Assembly: GCA_965603395.1 (NCBI GenBank)
Contig: CBFDCV010000001.1
Location: 5,389-69,388, forward strand
Reading direction: 5' to 3'
Source of the DNA: an uncultured candidate division WWE3 bacterium
Lineage (GTDB): Bacteria; Patescibacteriota; WWE3; UBA101185; UBA10185
DNA length: 64,000 nt
Part shown: piece after piece, positions 10,026-20,089 of the stretch
How the letters are laid out: the number at the start of each line of letters is the position of its first letter
How positions within the stretch are numbered: position 1 is the first letter of the stretch
Translations under genes and position numbers: made by a program
The notes under the pieces: model-generated
Databases searched by the model: none
Seen by the model: the letters and a program-made list of their open reading frames with translations, nothing else
What the model was told of the DNA's origin: nothing

Positions 10026-10937
10026 AAGGATAAAAGATACCCACAAAATTACCGAGAATAATAAAGGTGCGTCCGACAACAAAACTCTAGCGGGAGATTC
10101 GCCTTCCTTTTTTTCGTAAATGACATATAGGTATCTGCCCACACCGTAAATAACAATGGGAATAGACAACATCATCCATTTGGGACTACTAAGAATTGAG
10201 GGTAGAAACGGTACTAAAGTTCTGGAAAAGATTTCCGGTGAAATATAAAATACAAATAAAGAATATGTAATTATCGAATAAGTAGCTGACATGGAAATCA
10301 TGCTGTCCAGCAGGTTGTCCGGATAATGTTTTAAGGTTTCTCTTGTTTCTCCTGTTTCTTTGCCTAAGTATTTAGCCAGCAAAGTTTTTTCTGATCTTCT
10401 TTTTCCAAAAGCTAGTAGGAGTGATAACCCTATTACCGCCAGTGTCATCCAAGAAGAGACGGAGGTTTCAGAGGCAAATCCACCGGCAAAAACCCTTATC
10501 ACAAAAAGGGTAGCGATGGTTAAAGAGTCTAATATAATGATGTTTTTTATGTACAACGTATATACAATTTGTATGAGAATATAAGTAATAATGGCAAAGG
10601 TAAAAAAGGTCCCGATAAAGCTAACGGAATATATTATCGAACCAAAAACCAAACCAAACGCTATGATCCAAGCTATTTTTTCTGATAATTTCCCTGAGGC
10701 AATAGGCCTATTCTTTTTTATGGGGTGTAAACGGTCTTTTGGTGCATCTATGATGTCATTGATAAAATAGGCTGCTGAAGACATAGCGCTAAAGGCGATA
10801 AAAGCCTGTGTGGTGTTAATAATTACAGATTGTTTGAAAAGTACCCCGGCAAATAAAGGCGCGGCAAATAGACTGAAGTTTTTCATCCACTGGCGCAGTC
10901 TGGCTGTTCTAACTATCTGATAAATGGTTCCAATCAT
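9993..10937 (-). CDS. UbiA-family prenyltransferase (decaprenyl-phosphate phosphoribosyltransferase-like)
   Basis: RQWMKN, YFINDIIDAPKDRLHPIKKNRPIASG, KRRSE; ATG 10937 lies 7 nt below TATACT. Confidence 0.88.
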   Translation of the reverse strand: MIGTIYQIVRTARLRQWMKNFSLFAAPLFAGVLFKQSVIINTTQAFIAFSAMSSAAYFINDIIDAPKDRLHPIKKNRPIASGKLSEKIAWIIAFGLVFGSIIYSVSFIGTFFTFAIITYILIQIVYTLYIKNIIILDSLTIATLFVIRVFAGGFASETSVSSWMTLAVIGLSLLLAFGKRRSEKTLLAKYLGKETGETRETLKHYPDNLLDSMISMSATYSIITYSLFVFYISPEIFSRTLVPFLPSILSSPKWMMLSIPIVIYGVGRYLYVIYEKKEGESPARVLLSDAPLLFSVILWVSFILLVLYVFPLIF

Positions 10938-11047
10938 TGGTTTAAGTATAAGCTTGGGTTGAAAAGTAAGCAAACAAAACAACGTTGTAACGGATGTTAT
11001 ATTAATGTATATTGTGACTTAATCTAAAAGCAAAGGGAGGGAATACC

Positions 11048-11266
11048 ATGACCGAGCTAGTAAAGGTTGTTATTTCGTATGGTTGCGGAAGCGATGTAAA
11101 GACCAAGGAAGATGATAGTTATGTTTTCCACGAACCGCCGGTTGAGGGCACAACGTTTGAGTATGACACCCATTCGTGCAGAATTGTTAAAGTGGTAGAA
11201 CCCAAGAACGGTGGCAAGAAAACAGTTTTTGCTGTTCTAGATACAAAACCGGCGGGATCACAATAG
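11048..11266 (+). CDS. Small hypothetical protein
   Basis: Strong SD (GGGAGG) upstream of ATG; 72 aa. Confidence 0.7.
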   Translation: MTELVKVVISYGCGSDVKTKEDDSYVFHEPPVEGTTFEYDTHSCRIVKVVEPKNGGKKTVFAVLDTKPAGSQ

Positions 11267-11276
11267 GAGGGAAGAA

Positions 11277-11795
11277 ATGAAAGCCAAAGTCTTTATCAAA
11301 GGTCTGGATTCAGATAGAGAAATACCGGATAAGTATTATTTTCCTATCGTAAACTGCCCGGGGGATGTTTCTGTTGGCGATATAGTCAGGTTTGATGGAA
11401 AAGCTTTTTACTATTATCCCCACAACTTTGTAGTTACCCAAGTCTGGAGAAGTCTTAGGAGCTCTCTGATCGGGCAGTGGTGGTACTATTTAACAAAAGG
11501 TGGTCCGCCGCCCTGGGGGAAAAAAATTCAACTGGAAGTAAGTAGTGATCTAGACATACTCAAGAAAACCCAGGTCAAGATTGTAGTAAACACCTATGAC
11601 TTAAAGGGTAACCTTGTTGAAAAGAACACTGACTTTTTTGAAAGCTCGGTCTACGTAATACCAAGAATAGGTGAGCTCTTTGAGTACAAGAACAGCTTTC
11701 TTGAAGTTGTCGAAGTTAAACATCGTCCCGATTGGAAATACTCAATCATCATAACTCTTCGGCTGCTCGGCTTGTCGCCTGGTGACCTTAGCTAA
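11277..11795 (+). CDS. Hypothetical protein with two internal repeats of a small beta-rich module
   Basis: SD AGGAGG; repeats DVSVGDIVRFDG and IPRIGELFEYKN. Confidence 0.7.
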   Translation: MKAKVFIKGLDSDREIPDKYYFPIVNCPGDVSVGDIVRFDGKAFYYYPHNFVVTQVWRSLRSSLIGQWWYYLTKGGPPPWGKKIQLEVSSDLDILKKTQVKIVVNTYDLKGNLVEKNTDFFESSVYVIPRIGELFEYKNSFLEVVEVKHRPDWKYSIIITLRLLGLSPGDLS

Positions 11796-11799
11796 GTTT

Positions 11800-11846
11800 A
11801 GCCTTCTGAGATCATACAAATTGAAACAATTTGACCTCAGAAGGCT
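11800..11846. terminator. Long stem-loop downstream of the 11277-11795 gene
   Basis: AGCCTTCTGAG...CTCAGAAGGCT outer stem with inner CAAATTG-AAA-CAATTTG. Confidence 0.65.
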
Positions 11847-11928
11847 TAGATCTTTCTTGACTGCAGCATGTGCTAAAAACCCCCGCCAAACGATTAATAA
11901 GCACACCAATTAAAAGGAGGTGGACAAC

Positions 11929-12183
11929 GTGAGGCCGGTAAAAACAGGTGACAAAATCTCCATTGGCAATAAGACTTATGTCTTTACCAAGAACTCAGCA
12001 AATATATTCAACATCGCACTTAAAATCAAAAATAGAGAGGGGAGATGGCCTACGGGAACTCTATCTATTAGAAATTTCACGGAAGCTGGGATTAAGCACT
12101 ATAAACCAGGTTTTTTTGAAATAGCTACTGTAGCTGATGCCGTAGAGAAAACACAAAAAGGAGAATCCGGCTCACTCCCATAG
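11929..12183 (+). CDS. Small hypothetical protein
   Basis: SD AGGAGGT 7 nt upstream of GTG 11929. Confidence 0.65.
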   Translation: MRPVKTGDKISIGNKTYVFTKNSANIFNIALKIKNREGRWPTGTLSIRNFTEAGIKHYKPGFFEIATVADAVEKTQKGESGSLP

Positions 12184-12218
12184 GGGCACTTTTGCTAGAA
12201 AGTAAAGGTGTCCTTTTT
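12184..12218 (+). terminator. Rho-independent terminator
   Basis: GGGCACTTTTGCT-AGAA-AGTAAAGGTGTCC stem (with G-U pairs) followed by TTTTT. Confidence 0.75.
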
Positions 12219-12226
12219 ACTCTTCA

Positions 12227-12895
12227 TTATTCACACAACTTATAACCAAAACCATAAACAGTCTTGATTAGCTTTTTTTCATAGGGACGGTCTACTTTGT
12301 CACGAAGGCTTTTTATATGCACCTCCAACGTGTTGGATACCGTTTCAAAGCCCATTTCCCACACCTGCTCCAATAACCTCTCTTTAGAGACAATTCTCCC
12401 CTTGCTTAGCATTAAACATTCTAATAGTTCAAACTCTTTTCTAGAAAGTACAATGCGCTGACCGCCTCTGACTACTTCTTTTGCATGTAAATCCATTTTC
12501 AGCTCCCCTACGCTAAGCACATTCGAGCCCTTTACACCGTTAGCTTTTTTTATCAAACTTCTCAAATAGGCCACAAGCTCTCTAACCTGAACCGGCTTTG
12601 TTAAAACTGCGTCGGCTCCGCAGTCTAAAGAATCCAGCTTTCTTTCCAGATCATCCTCTTCAAGCAGCACTATGATGGGAATTTCTTGATCATCTTCTCT
12701 GGTAACCTTACACAAATCAGTATTTTCCATATCTCCAAGATCAGCTTCTACTACAATGGCGGCGTAGTCATTAACTTGGGAAAGATAAACACCTTCTTCT
12801 TGGTTATGAGCCACATCTAATAGATAGTGCTTGTTTACTTCTGAGCACATATCGACGGCAGATTCGGCATCATTGTTTACGAACAATACCCTCAT
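12227..12895 (-). CDS. OmpR/PhoB-family response regulator with a degenerate receiver
   Basis: wHTH LSRKEFELL...SNTLEVHIKSLRDK...TVYGFGY; receiver reads VNND and IVVEADL. Confidence 0.9.
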   Translation of the reverse strand: MRVLFVNNDAESAVDMCSEVNKHYLLDVAHNQEEGVYLSQVNDYAAIVVEADLGDMENTDLCKVTREDDQEIPIIVLLEEDDLERKLDSLDCGADAVLTKPVQVRELVAYLRSLIKKANGVKGSNVLSVGELKMDLHAKEVVRGGQRIVLSRKEFELLECLMLSKGRIVSKERLLEQVWEMGFETVSNTLEVHIKSLRDKVDRPYEKKLIKTVYGFGYKLCE

Positions 12896-12948
12896 ACCAT
12901 TGCTTATAACTATAAGTATTCAGATTAATATTAAAAGAATATTAACTT

Positions 12949-14481
12949 TTACTTTTCTGGCAGGGAATCTTCTGGTGCTATTATATCTTTTTTAAATCTC
13001 AGGTTCAGCATGACAATGACAAAAGCCACCAGACCAACCATAGTAAGACCCATTTGAATAGTAAGTTTTTCCGCTGTTAAATAACCGATGCCTCCAAAAA
13101 TTATTGTGGTTATCCAATAAAATAACGCAATTCTTCTGATACTCCAACCTCTGTTGAGAAGTATGTGGTGTAAATGGCCCCTATCTCCTCTTAGCGGATT
13201 TTTCCTTTGTATCAGTCTTCTTACTACCGTTACAAAAGCGTCCAAAAAAGGTATCAGTATGATGATTATCGAAGTTAGCACCTTGCTATTAATTAAAATG
13301 GACAAAACTGCTAACACTAGCCCGGCTGACATGGCTCCAAATCCCCATAAAATTTTGGATGGTTGCCAAGTAAATTTCACAAATCCCAAAGCCAATCCCG
13401 CAGATATGGCTGCCAAAACTGCTACTCTCATATCTTCAACTTTCAAAGGCACGAACCTTAGAGCCAGCAACACAATTAAAATGCTAGCAATACCAACTAT
13501 GCCCGCGTATTGACCATCAATACCATTGGACCAAGACAAAACATTAAGCACCCATACGATCCAAAACGTAGTAATAATACCCGATATGATTTGCGAATTG
13601 AAAAGTAGAACGCCGCCGCCAAATGGGCTCGAAATGGAAAATATCTTAGTGCCTAAAACAGAAATCATAGACACTACTAGAAATAACAAGCCCAATCTTA
13701 CATAAGGGTTTTCCAAAAATCTAAACTGAGTTTCAGGATGTGTGTTTTGATAATCATCGAGAATCCCTAACAAAGATATTAATAACAGAGCAATGTAAAA
13801 TACGATCAATTTGGGAGGAAATCCCACAAAAACAATAGCCAAAACCAAGAAGGCAATGCCGTATACAAAACCTCCCCCACGCGCTGACGGCTCTGATAAG
13901 AGCATGCCCGGATGGGAATGTATTTGGGGACTTGTTACTATATCCCTTTCTTGCGCATACTTGATAAATCTGGGAAGTACAAAATGCATAGACATAAAAG
14001 CTACAAAGGCCGGAATCAAAAGATCCAGATAAGTGGGATTTATTACCGGTTCGAAAGGGGCGGAGGCTTTAAAAATTATTCTCAACAAAGAGAAGGTAAG
14101 TAAAATATTTGAGCTAATGGTAAAGATGCCCACTAAAGTTACCCCATACCTAACGTAGTATCTCCTAATGGGAATTGTGAAGATCAAACCGACTGCCATA
14201 ATAAGAAAAGCTGCTATGGGAAAAAGATATAACCATGACTTTTCCACTAGTTGATAATCGCCCCACATTCTTGTATACCAAAATGGTACCTGGGAGTTAA
14301 CAAAGATAAATCTCAGTTTTAAATAAATTAGCTGAAATATAATTATGGCGGAGTTTGCTACCAAAATTCCTATAATCTTATCGGAAAATCTTTTTTTCAA
14401 ATCTCCTATTGTTTTTTTGAATTTTATATAATTTTTGCTGTAAATAACCTTGTTGATCAAAGGTTTTAAAAACTCGTTCAT
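12949..14481 (-). CDS. WecA/TagO/MraY-family (GT4) phosphoglycosyltransferase with an N-terminal membrane extension
   Basis: ARGGG, GILDD, NGIDG, PSKILWG, GDRGHLHH. Confidence 0.85.
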   Translation of the reverse strand: MNEFLKPLINKVIYSKNYIKFKKTIGDLKKRFSDKIIGILVANSAIIIFQLIYLKLRFIFVNSQVPFWYTRMWGDYQLVEKSWLYLFPIAAFLIMAVGLIFTIPIRRYYVRYGVTLVGIFTISSNILLTFSLLRIIFKASAPFEPVINPTYLDLLIPAFVAFMSMHFVLPRFIKYAQERDIVTSPQIHSHPGMLLSEPSARGGGFVYGIAFLVLAIVFVGFPPKLIVFYIALLLISLLGILDDYQNTHPETQFRFLENPYVRLGLLFLVVSMISVLGTKIFSISSPFGGGVLLFNSQIISGIITTFWIVWVLNVLSWSNGIDGQYAGIVGIASILIVLLALRFVPLKVEDMRVAVLAAISAGLALGFVKFTWQPSKILWGFGAMSAGLVLAVLSILINSKVLTSIIIILIPFLDAFVTVVRRLIQRKNPLRGDRGHLHHILLNRGWSIRRIALFYWITTIIFGGIGYLTAEKLTIQMGLTMVGLVAFVIVMLNLRFKKDIIAPEDSLPEK

Positions 14482-14496
14482 ATTTATAAGGATATC

Positions 14497-16050
14497 TTAG
14501 CGAACTTTAGGAGTGTGGTACAAATCCTTCATCCTCTTTCCAAACATCATTCTTGTTTGGGCATCTATAAATGGGAAGAAAGAAAAGGTGAGCAAGTTGA
14601 TCACTACTATCATGCCTTCCAAATTAGTAAATATCTTTCTCCAGAGTGACCACTCTTTTGGCATAGGCGGCGTAAGCTTAGCTCGGTAGTATGTAGGCGG
14701 TATTAGAAATACTAGAGTAAATGTTAGCACCCAACTTATGGCATCAGGAAGGCTATAGGCAAAACTGCTTTGTTTAATGGCAGGGTTTACCAAGGTTAAA
14801 ATTGTGAATCCAAAAGTTAGTAAATAAACCATATTTACCATAATTATCCTAGTCTTGAAATGATCATATGTCCACAAAACTTTCTTAAAGAATGGTATTT
14901 TTTTATTTTTTACAAATACCTTCAAGGATAATGGAACTTCTAAAGCTCCCCAGCCCCATCTAAGTAGCTGTTTATACAAACTCTTATGAGCGTCCCAATA
15001 GTTTTTACCCTCCACTGCATCTGCTGAATATGGAATAAAGTGCTGTGCTAGTTTAAAATCTCCATCCCTTACATAAAAAGCCCGCCAAAAAAATATAGTG
15101 TCGTCCACACCTATCTGCACATCCCAATAATTACAGTCGATCAAAGTCTGCAGAGAGCATGAATAGGCTGCAAAAGTCTCCTTTGTAAGGGTGCTAAGCC
15201 CCCACGGCACACTTCTGTGGGATAAGGTTCCCAGGGTTACAAAGTTGGCTTCTATCCTTGGCATTGAGGGCACTCTCCAATGGTTATTATTAAAAAGATG
15301 TACAGCAGTTGAGTAAAAGTGGTTATCCCGTTTGTCAGTTGTTAAATAAAGATATGTTAGCCTAGCCATATATTGTCTATCAGCAATGTGATCAGCATCA
15401 AAAGATGAAAAAATATAGTTTCTTGGATTTTCTTCTATGCTTTCTAAATGTCTGACAGCATGACCAGATCCCCATGTCCTGTTTGCTCCTCCCACGCCCT
15501 TAGCTTCTCCGGGCATACCAGCCGGGTGGACATAAATCAACACATTGTCAAATTTATCTTTATGAGGCATTACAACTTTTTTAATTGTCTCTTTGGTTTC
15601 TTTTGAAGGTTTTTCTTCGATTGTATACACTAGTGTAAAACTTTTTGTATTGTAAGTTTGATTTAATAAAGCATCAAAAGACTCTTTTATAACCTCGTAA
15701 GGTTCGTTTACACAGGGTATGAGAATGAAGTGCTTTGTTTTCTCTAGTGAGGGGGGTAGGGTTTTCTTATCGGGAAGATCATTAAAATCCAGTTCCAAAC
15801 ATCTATTATTCCAATCCTCTGCCATTTCTCTTTTATGTCTTGGATAGCCAATTACCAATCCCACAGTATTCATAACCGCTAAGTATGACCAATATAAGGT
15901 TATGAATGTTAGTATATAAACCATGGCTTGGGGATAGATTATCCCCAACCACACCGGACTTAAAATAACAGTCCATGTAAGCAAACCGGGAATTATTTCA
16001 CCCAAACGCTGAATTAATCTGTCATGTTTTTCTAACTCTACTAAGCTCAT
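14497..16050 (-). CDS. Membrane glycosyltransferase, family 2
   Basis: ILIPCVNE, FDAD, VDD, QLLRW (QxxRW) motifs with flanking TMs. Confidence 0.85.
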   Translation of the reverse strand: MSLVELEKHDRLIQRLGEIIPGLLTWTVILSPVWLGIIYPQAMVYILTFITLYWSYLAVMNTVGLVIGYPRHKREMAEDWNNRCLELDFNDLPDKKTLPPSLEKTKHFILIPCVNEPYEVIKESFDALLNQTYNTKSFTLVYTIEEKPSKETKETIKKVVMPHKDKFDNVLIYVHPAGMPGEAKGVGGANRTWGSGHAVRHLESIEENPRNYIFSSFDADHIADRQYMARLTYLYLTTDKRDNHFYSTAVHLFNNNHWRVPSMPRIEANFVTLGTLSHRSVPWGLSTLTKETFAAYSCSLQTLIDCNYWDVQIGVDDTIFFWRAFYVRDGDFKLAQHFIPYSADAVEGKNYWDAHKSLYKQLLRWGWGALEVPLSLKVFVKNKKIPFFKKVLWTYDHFKTRIIMVNMVYLLTFGFTILTLVNPAIKQSSFAYSLPDAISWVLTFTLVFLIPPTYYRAKLTPPMPKEWSLWRKIFTNLEGMIVVINLLTFSFFPFIDAQTRMMFGKRMKDLYHTPKVR

Positions 16051-16838
16051 ATTTTAAATAGACGGCAGGTGTTTTGATAAGTATATTTTTCTATCTCTTC
16101 TTGTGGGGTATTCCTTATCCGGGCAACTTTAGCGGCCGTTATTGTAACATATTTGGGATAATTTATTTCTCCCCTATGACCTTGTGGGGGTAAAAAAGGA
16201 GCATCTGTTTCCAAAAGGAGCCGGTCTCTGGGAATATTTTTCACAGCTTCCAGTAGTTTTTTGCTCGCTGAAGGATAGGTTACTATACCCGAAAATGAAA
16301 CGTAAAAGTCTCTGTGTAACAAATCTTTAGCAAAATCCCAATCGGAAGTATAGCAATGAGCTACACCGGTAAGCTTAGTATCCTTATATAGTTGTAAAAC
16401 GTCCAGTAACTCAGGGTCGGAGTTCCTGTTGTGCAAAACCGCCGGCAGTTCCCTTTGCACGGCAAGTCCCAGCTGCATTTTAAACAATTCACGCTGTTCC
16501 TCAATATCCCTGGTTTCATAATCAACCTCACCTTGAGGAACGTCCAAACCGCACTCACCTATTCCTACAATGCTGCTTGGGTAAGAACTTAGAATTTCCT
16601 TAATACCCTCTTCCATATCATACAAACTCTTATCTAAATCCTCATGGGGGTGCACACCCACAACAGCGAAAACGTTATCGTGCGCTCTAGCCAACTCAAC
16701 TGCCTTTTTGCTATCTTCCAAAGATGTACCAATAGTAACAATCTTTTCTACTCCTGATTTTGTTGATTCTTCCACGACCTTGGCTATTTCCTGCTCATAT
16801 TTTTTGTCATGAAGATGACAATGTGAATCAATCAGCAT
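16047..16838 (-). CDS. tatD: TatD-family hydrolase
   Basis: IDSHCHL, GVHPH, GECGLD, LLETDAPFL. Confidence 0.95.
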   Translation of the reverse strand: MLIDSHCHLHDKKYEQEIAKVVEESTKSGVEKIVTIGTSLEDSKKAVELARAHDNVFAVVGVHPHEDLDKSLYDMEEGIKEILSSYPSSIVGIGECGLDVPQGEVDYETRDIEEQRELFKMQLGLAVQRELPAVLHNRNSDPELLDVLQLYKDTKLTGVAHCYTSDWDFAKDLLHRDFYVSFSGIVTYPSASKKLLEAVKNIPRDRLLLETDAPFLPPQGHRGEINYPKYVTITAAKVARIRNTPQEEIEKYTYQNTCRLFKI

Positions 16839-16859
16839 ACGGTTAATCAATTCTAACAA

Positions 16860-18284
16860 CTATTTGATTCTGGGAAAGAGGGCGTCTTGCGCCCTTATCT
16901 TTTCCTGTCCAAACTGCTCTTGTATTTTCTTTGCTGTGTCGGGCATAAAGGGCTCTATCTGCTTGGCCACCTTCCTTACTTGAAGGACTTCATGGCTTAG
17001 AATCTCTTTAAGTTTCTTTTTATCTTCAATTGCCCACGGTTCATTTTCATTTATGTGTTTGTCCAAGCTTGCCAGCTCTTGCCATATGTTTTGCAGTATC
17101 TTGTCCACTCTAAAGTCCTTAATTGGTTCGAATAGCTTTTTATCAAGTTCTTGTGAATTTTTATCAAGAGGAAAAGCTTCCTCCGAGTTTTCTGCTAACT
17201 TAGCTACTCTAGCTACTGAGTTTCCCAAACCGTTAGCTAACTCTCCATTATAAACTTCTTTTAGTTGTGTTTTATAAAGGTTCGAGTCTTCACCAATAGG
17301 TCCGTTTTTTAGTAAGTAGTACCTTATGGCATCCACACCATACTCCTTTACTAACTCTCTTGGCCGAACAACATTGCCTAAAGATTTACTAATTTTCTTT
17401 CCTTCCAGGTTTAAAAAACCGTGCACATATACCACATCCGGAAGTCTGTGCCCGGCACTCTTTAGCATGGCCGGCCACAAAAGAGTGTGCCATCTGGCAA
17501 TATCTTTACCTACAAAATGTATGATTCTAGTATCATCGCCCCAAAATCCTTTTTGTGAGCCTTCAGTAAAATAATTTATCAAGGCATCAAACCACACGTA
17601 TATGACCTGCTCCGGATCGTTCGGAGTAGTAATTCCCCAAGAAACCTTGTACTTAGGCCTGGAAACCGTAATGTCCTTCAAACCCGCTTCCAAAAAAGCT
17701 AGCATTTCCGATCTTTTCCCATCAGGTAATACAACTAGTTCATTTGATCCGATTAGTTTTTTTAGAAAACTTTCATATTTCGACCATTTAAAAAAATAGT
17801 TTTCTTCATTAAGTTTTTGGATTTCTATTGTGGTGTGGTTTGAACACTGTCCGTCCTCATTAAGTTCAGATAAAGTTTTGTGCGCAGAACATCCCACGCA
17901 GTAAAATCCCTCATAATTATCTTTGTAAATATCTCCGTTATCAAAGGCTTTTTTGAAAAACGCGGCTGCTGTTTTTTCATGATCCTTATCTGTGGTTCTT
18001 ATAAATCGGTCGTATGAAATGTTTAATGAATCAATCTCTTTTTTGTTTGCCGTAGACACTTTTGTCACATGTTCGATGGGTGTAAGATCTTTTTCTTCAG
18101 CCGCTTTCTGATTAGTAGTACCGTGTTCATCCGTACCGGTAGTAAAAAGTACGTTTTTGTCACCTTTAATTATTCGAAAATATCTGGCCACACAATCGGC
18201 CAAGATTTTCTCGTACGCATGCCCGACGTGGATAACATCGTTAGTATAATCTATAGCGGTTGTAATAAATACTTTTTTGTTCAT
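16860..18284 (-). CDS. metG: Methionine--tRNA ligase (short form)
   Basis: [25 protein letters not shown]. Confidence 0.97.
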   Translation of the reverse strand: MNKKVFITTAIDYTNDVIHVGHAYEKILADCVARYFRIIKGDKNVLFTTGTDEHGTTNQKAAEEKDLTPIEHVTKVSTANKKEIDSLNISYDRFIRTTDKDHEKTAAAFFKKAFDNGDIYKDNYEGFYCVGCSAHKTLSELNEDGQCSNHTTIEIQKLNEENYFFKWSKYESFLKKLIGSNELVVLPDGKRSEMLAFLEAGLKDITVSRPKYKVSWGITTPNDPEQVIYVWFDALINYFTEGSQKGFWGDDTRIIHFVGKDIARWHTLLWPAMLKSAGHRLPDVVYVHGFLNLEGKKISKSLGNVVRPRELVKEYGVDAIRYYLLKNGPIGEDSNLYKTQLKEVYNGELANGLGNSVARVAKLAENSEEAFPLDKNSQELDKKLFEPIKDFRVDKILQNIWQELASLDKHINENEPWAIEDKKKLKEILSHEVLQVRKVAKQIEPFMPDTAKKIQEQFGQEKIRAQDALFPRIK

Positions 18285-18304
18285 GATAATGAGTGCCTGA
18301 TATT

Positions 18305-18667
18305 TTACCTTTTTGTACGCATTTGTAAAAACGCTAATACATACATGATCAAAAATAAGGTTAGATTTACAATATTATCTAAGTTAAAAGCTCTCAAACC
18401 CATGTAAAACACCACGCCAAATGCTAAATAAGTAGACCATTTTATACTTTTTCGGTACAAAAATCTCAAATTGCTAAAAGTGGGAGCCTTAGCATGAAAA
18501 TAAAAATATATTGGTAAAGACAAGGTTGACATCAAGGCCAAAAACAGCAGGAGCAACATAATAAGCACCGCGTCCAAACTTACCGGTTCAGTCATGTACA
18601 CATGGCGTCCAAATAGCAACCAAAATAGGGCCGATAAGAAAATAATGGTGTATATGAACTTCGGCAT
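18305..18667 (-). CDS. Hypothetical 4-TM protein
   Basis: Hydrophobic 120-aa ORF co-oriented with metG. Confidence 0.65.
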   Translation of the reverse strand: MPKFIYTIIFLSALFWLLFGRHVYMTEPVSLDAVLIMLLLLFLALMSTLSLPIYFYFHAKAPTFSNLRFLYRKSIKWSTYLAFGVVFYMGLRAFNLDNIVNLTLFLIMYVLAFLQMRTKR

Positions 18668-18732
18668 AATATGATAATAACACTAAAATCCTCTACTCTC
18701 GCTTAATTTTATTATTCTGATAAAATTAGCAC

Positions 18733-19779
18733 ATGCTTTCTGAACAAACTCTGATTATTTTGGTTTTTCTAGTGCTGGGCTCTGCCGGTATTATTATTTT
18801 TGCCTTTTCTTCCCAAATTAAAAAGCTTAAAGATGAAATGAAAAATGACGAAGACGACAAGGTTTTGATGGAATGGCTCAAAGACATGAAAGGTTCTGTA
18901 GATACTAGATTAAAAGACCAAAATCAAACTTTACAGGATCAACTTGGTAGTCAGCGCAAAGCCATGACCGATCAAACAAAGTTGATTTGGGAGAGGCTGG
19001 AAAATTCGACCAAGGTTATTCAGCAGGTACACAAGGAGTTGGGAGGTATTAGTGAGTTTGGTCGTGATATGAAGGACCTGAGCAATATTTTAAAATCTCC
19101 CAAGTTAAGAGGTGGTCTGGGTGAACAGTTTTTGTACGAAATTTTAGAAAATTCTCTGCCTAAAGAATTATTTAAAACTCAGTACAAATTTAAAGACGGC
19201 GCCGTATGTGATGCTGTGGTCATTACTGAAAAAGGCTTGATTACCATCGATTCAAAATTTCCCATGGAAAACTTCAAAGAAATGGTAACCCAAGAAACTC
19301 AGGAGGCCAGAGAAAAATACAAAAAACAATTTATTAGAGATGTGAAAACTAGGATTGATGAGATTTCTTCCAAATACATCTTGCCCGAGGAAGGTACAGC
19401 CGATTTTGCCGTCATGTATGTCCCGTCTGAGAATGTCTATTACGAGTTAGTGGTTAACACGCCGGAAATTGAAAGCTACTCCAGAGATAAAAGTATTTTC
19501 ATTACCTCACCAAACACCCTAAATTATCAGATGAGAGCTATTTTAGTGGCCTATCAACAAAGTGAACTACAAAAACACGCCGGTGATATTTTAAAATCTT
19601 TGAGTGGTATAAAAACAGAAGCCGTAAAGTTTGATGAAGAACTAGGTGTGTTAGGCGGACATATTGTTCGAACATATAAGGCTATGGATAGCGTCAAGAT
19701 CAAGTTCTCTAAATTGTTTGGAAAAATTGAGAGTACTCAAGCTTTAGGAACCCCCGAAGATACAAAAGAACTTAGTTAA
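18733..19779 (+). CDS. rmuC: DNA recombination protein RmuC
   Basis: TM plus coiled coil; PKLRGGLGE, IDSKFP, FAVMYVPSE, SPNTL. Confidence 0.93.
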   Translation: MLSEQTLIILVFLVLGSAGIIIFAFSSQIKKLKDEMKNDEDDKVLMEWLKDMKGSVDTRLKDQNQTLQDQLGSQRKAMTDQTKLIWERLENSTKVIQQVHKELGGISEFGRDMKDLSNILKSPKLRGGLGEQFLYEILENSLPKELFKTQYKFKDGAVCDAVVITEKGLITIDSKFPMENFKEMVTQETQEAREKYKKQFIRDVKTRIDEISSKYILPEEGTADFAVMYVPSENVYYELVVNTPEIESYSRDKSIFITSPNTLNYQMRAILVAYQQSELQKHAGDILKSLSGIKTEAVKFDEELGVLGGHIVRTYKAMDSVKIKFSKLFGKIESTQALGTPEDTKELS

Positions 19780-19821
19780 AAAATAAAGCCTCAAAAGGAT
19801 GTGTGATTACCCCTTGAGGCT
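19778..19821 (-). terminator. Terminator between convergent genes
   Basis: AGCCTCAA...TTGAGGCT stem; minus strand continues into a T-rich run. Confidence 0.6.
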
Positions 19822-19838
19822 CTTGGACTGCTTGGCTT

Positions 19839-20033
19839 TTAACTTGGGCTTTTCCAAAAAATAATTCCAAAGATTAAAGCTACCACTGCCAATCCAAACA
19901 TTCCATAAGCTGTTTCATTTGGTATTTCCGATAAAAGTAAGAAGGTTGCGCCTGCTATGAAAAGTGCAAGTGCAAGGATTATACCTAAACCGGACCCAAA
20001 CTGGTCGTGACACTTACTCCAACAATTTCTCAT
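19839..20033 (-). CDS. Small 2-TM hypothetical protein
   Basis: SD AAGGAGAGG upstream of ATG 20033. Confidence 0.6.
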   Translation of the reverse strand: MRNCWSKCHDQFGSGLGIILALALFIAGATFLLLSEIPNETAYGMFGLAVVALIFGIIFWKSPS

Positions 20034-20089
20034 GATCCTCTCCTTAATAATATATAAATGCCGCAGGACACCAACCAAACAGTATTGTA

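Noticed and set aside
11796-11850. Integron attC site
   Set aside because: The hairpin lacks the RYYYAAC/GTTRRRY core ends and no integron integrase is seen.
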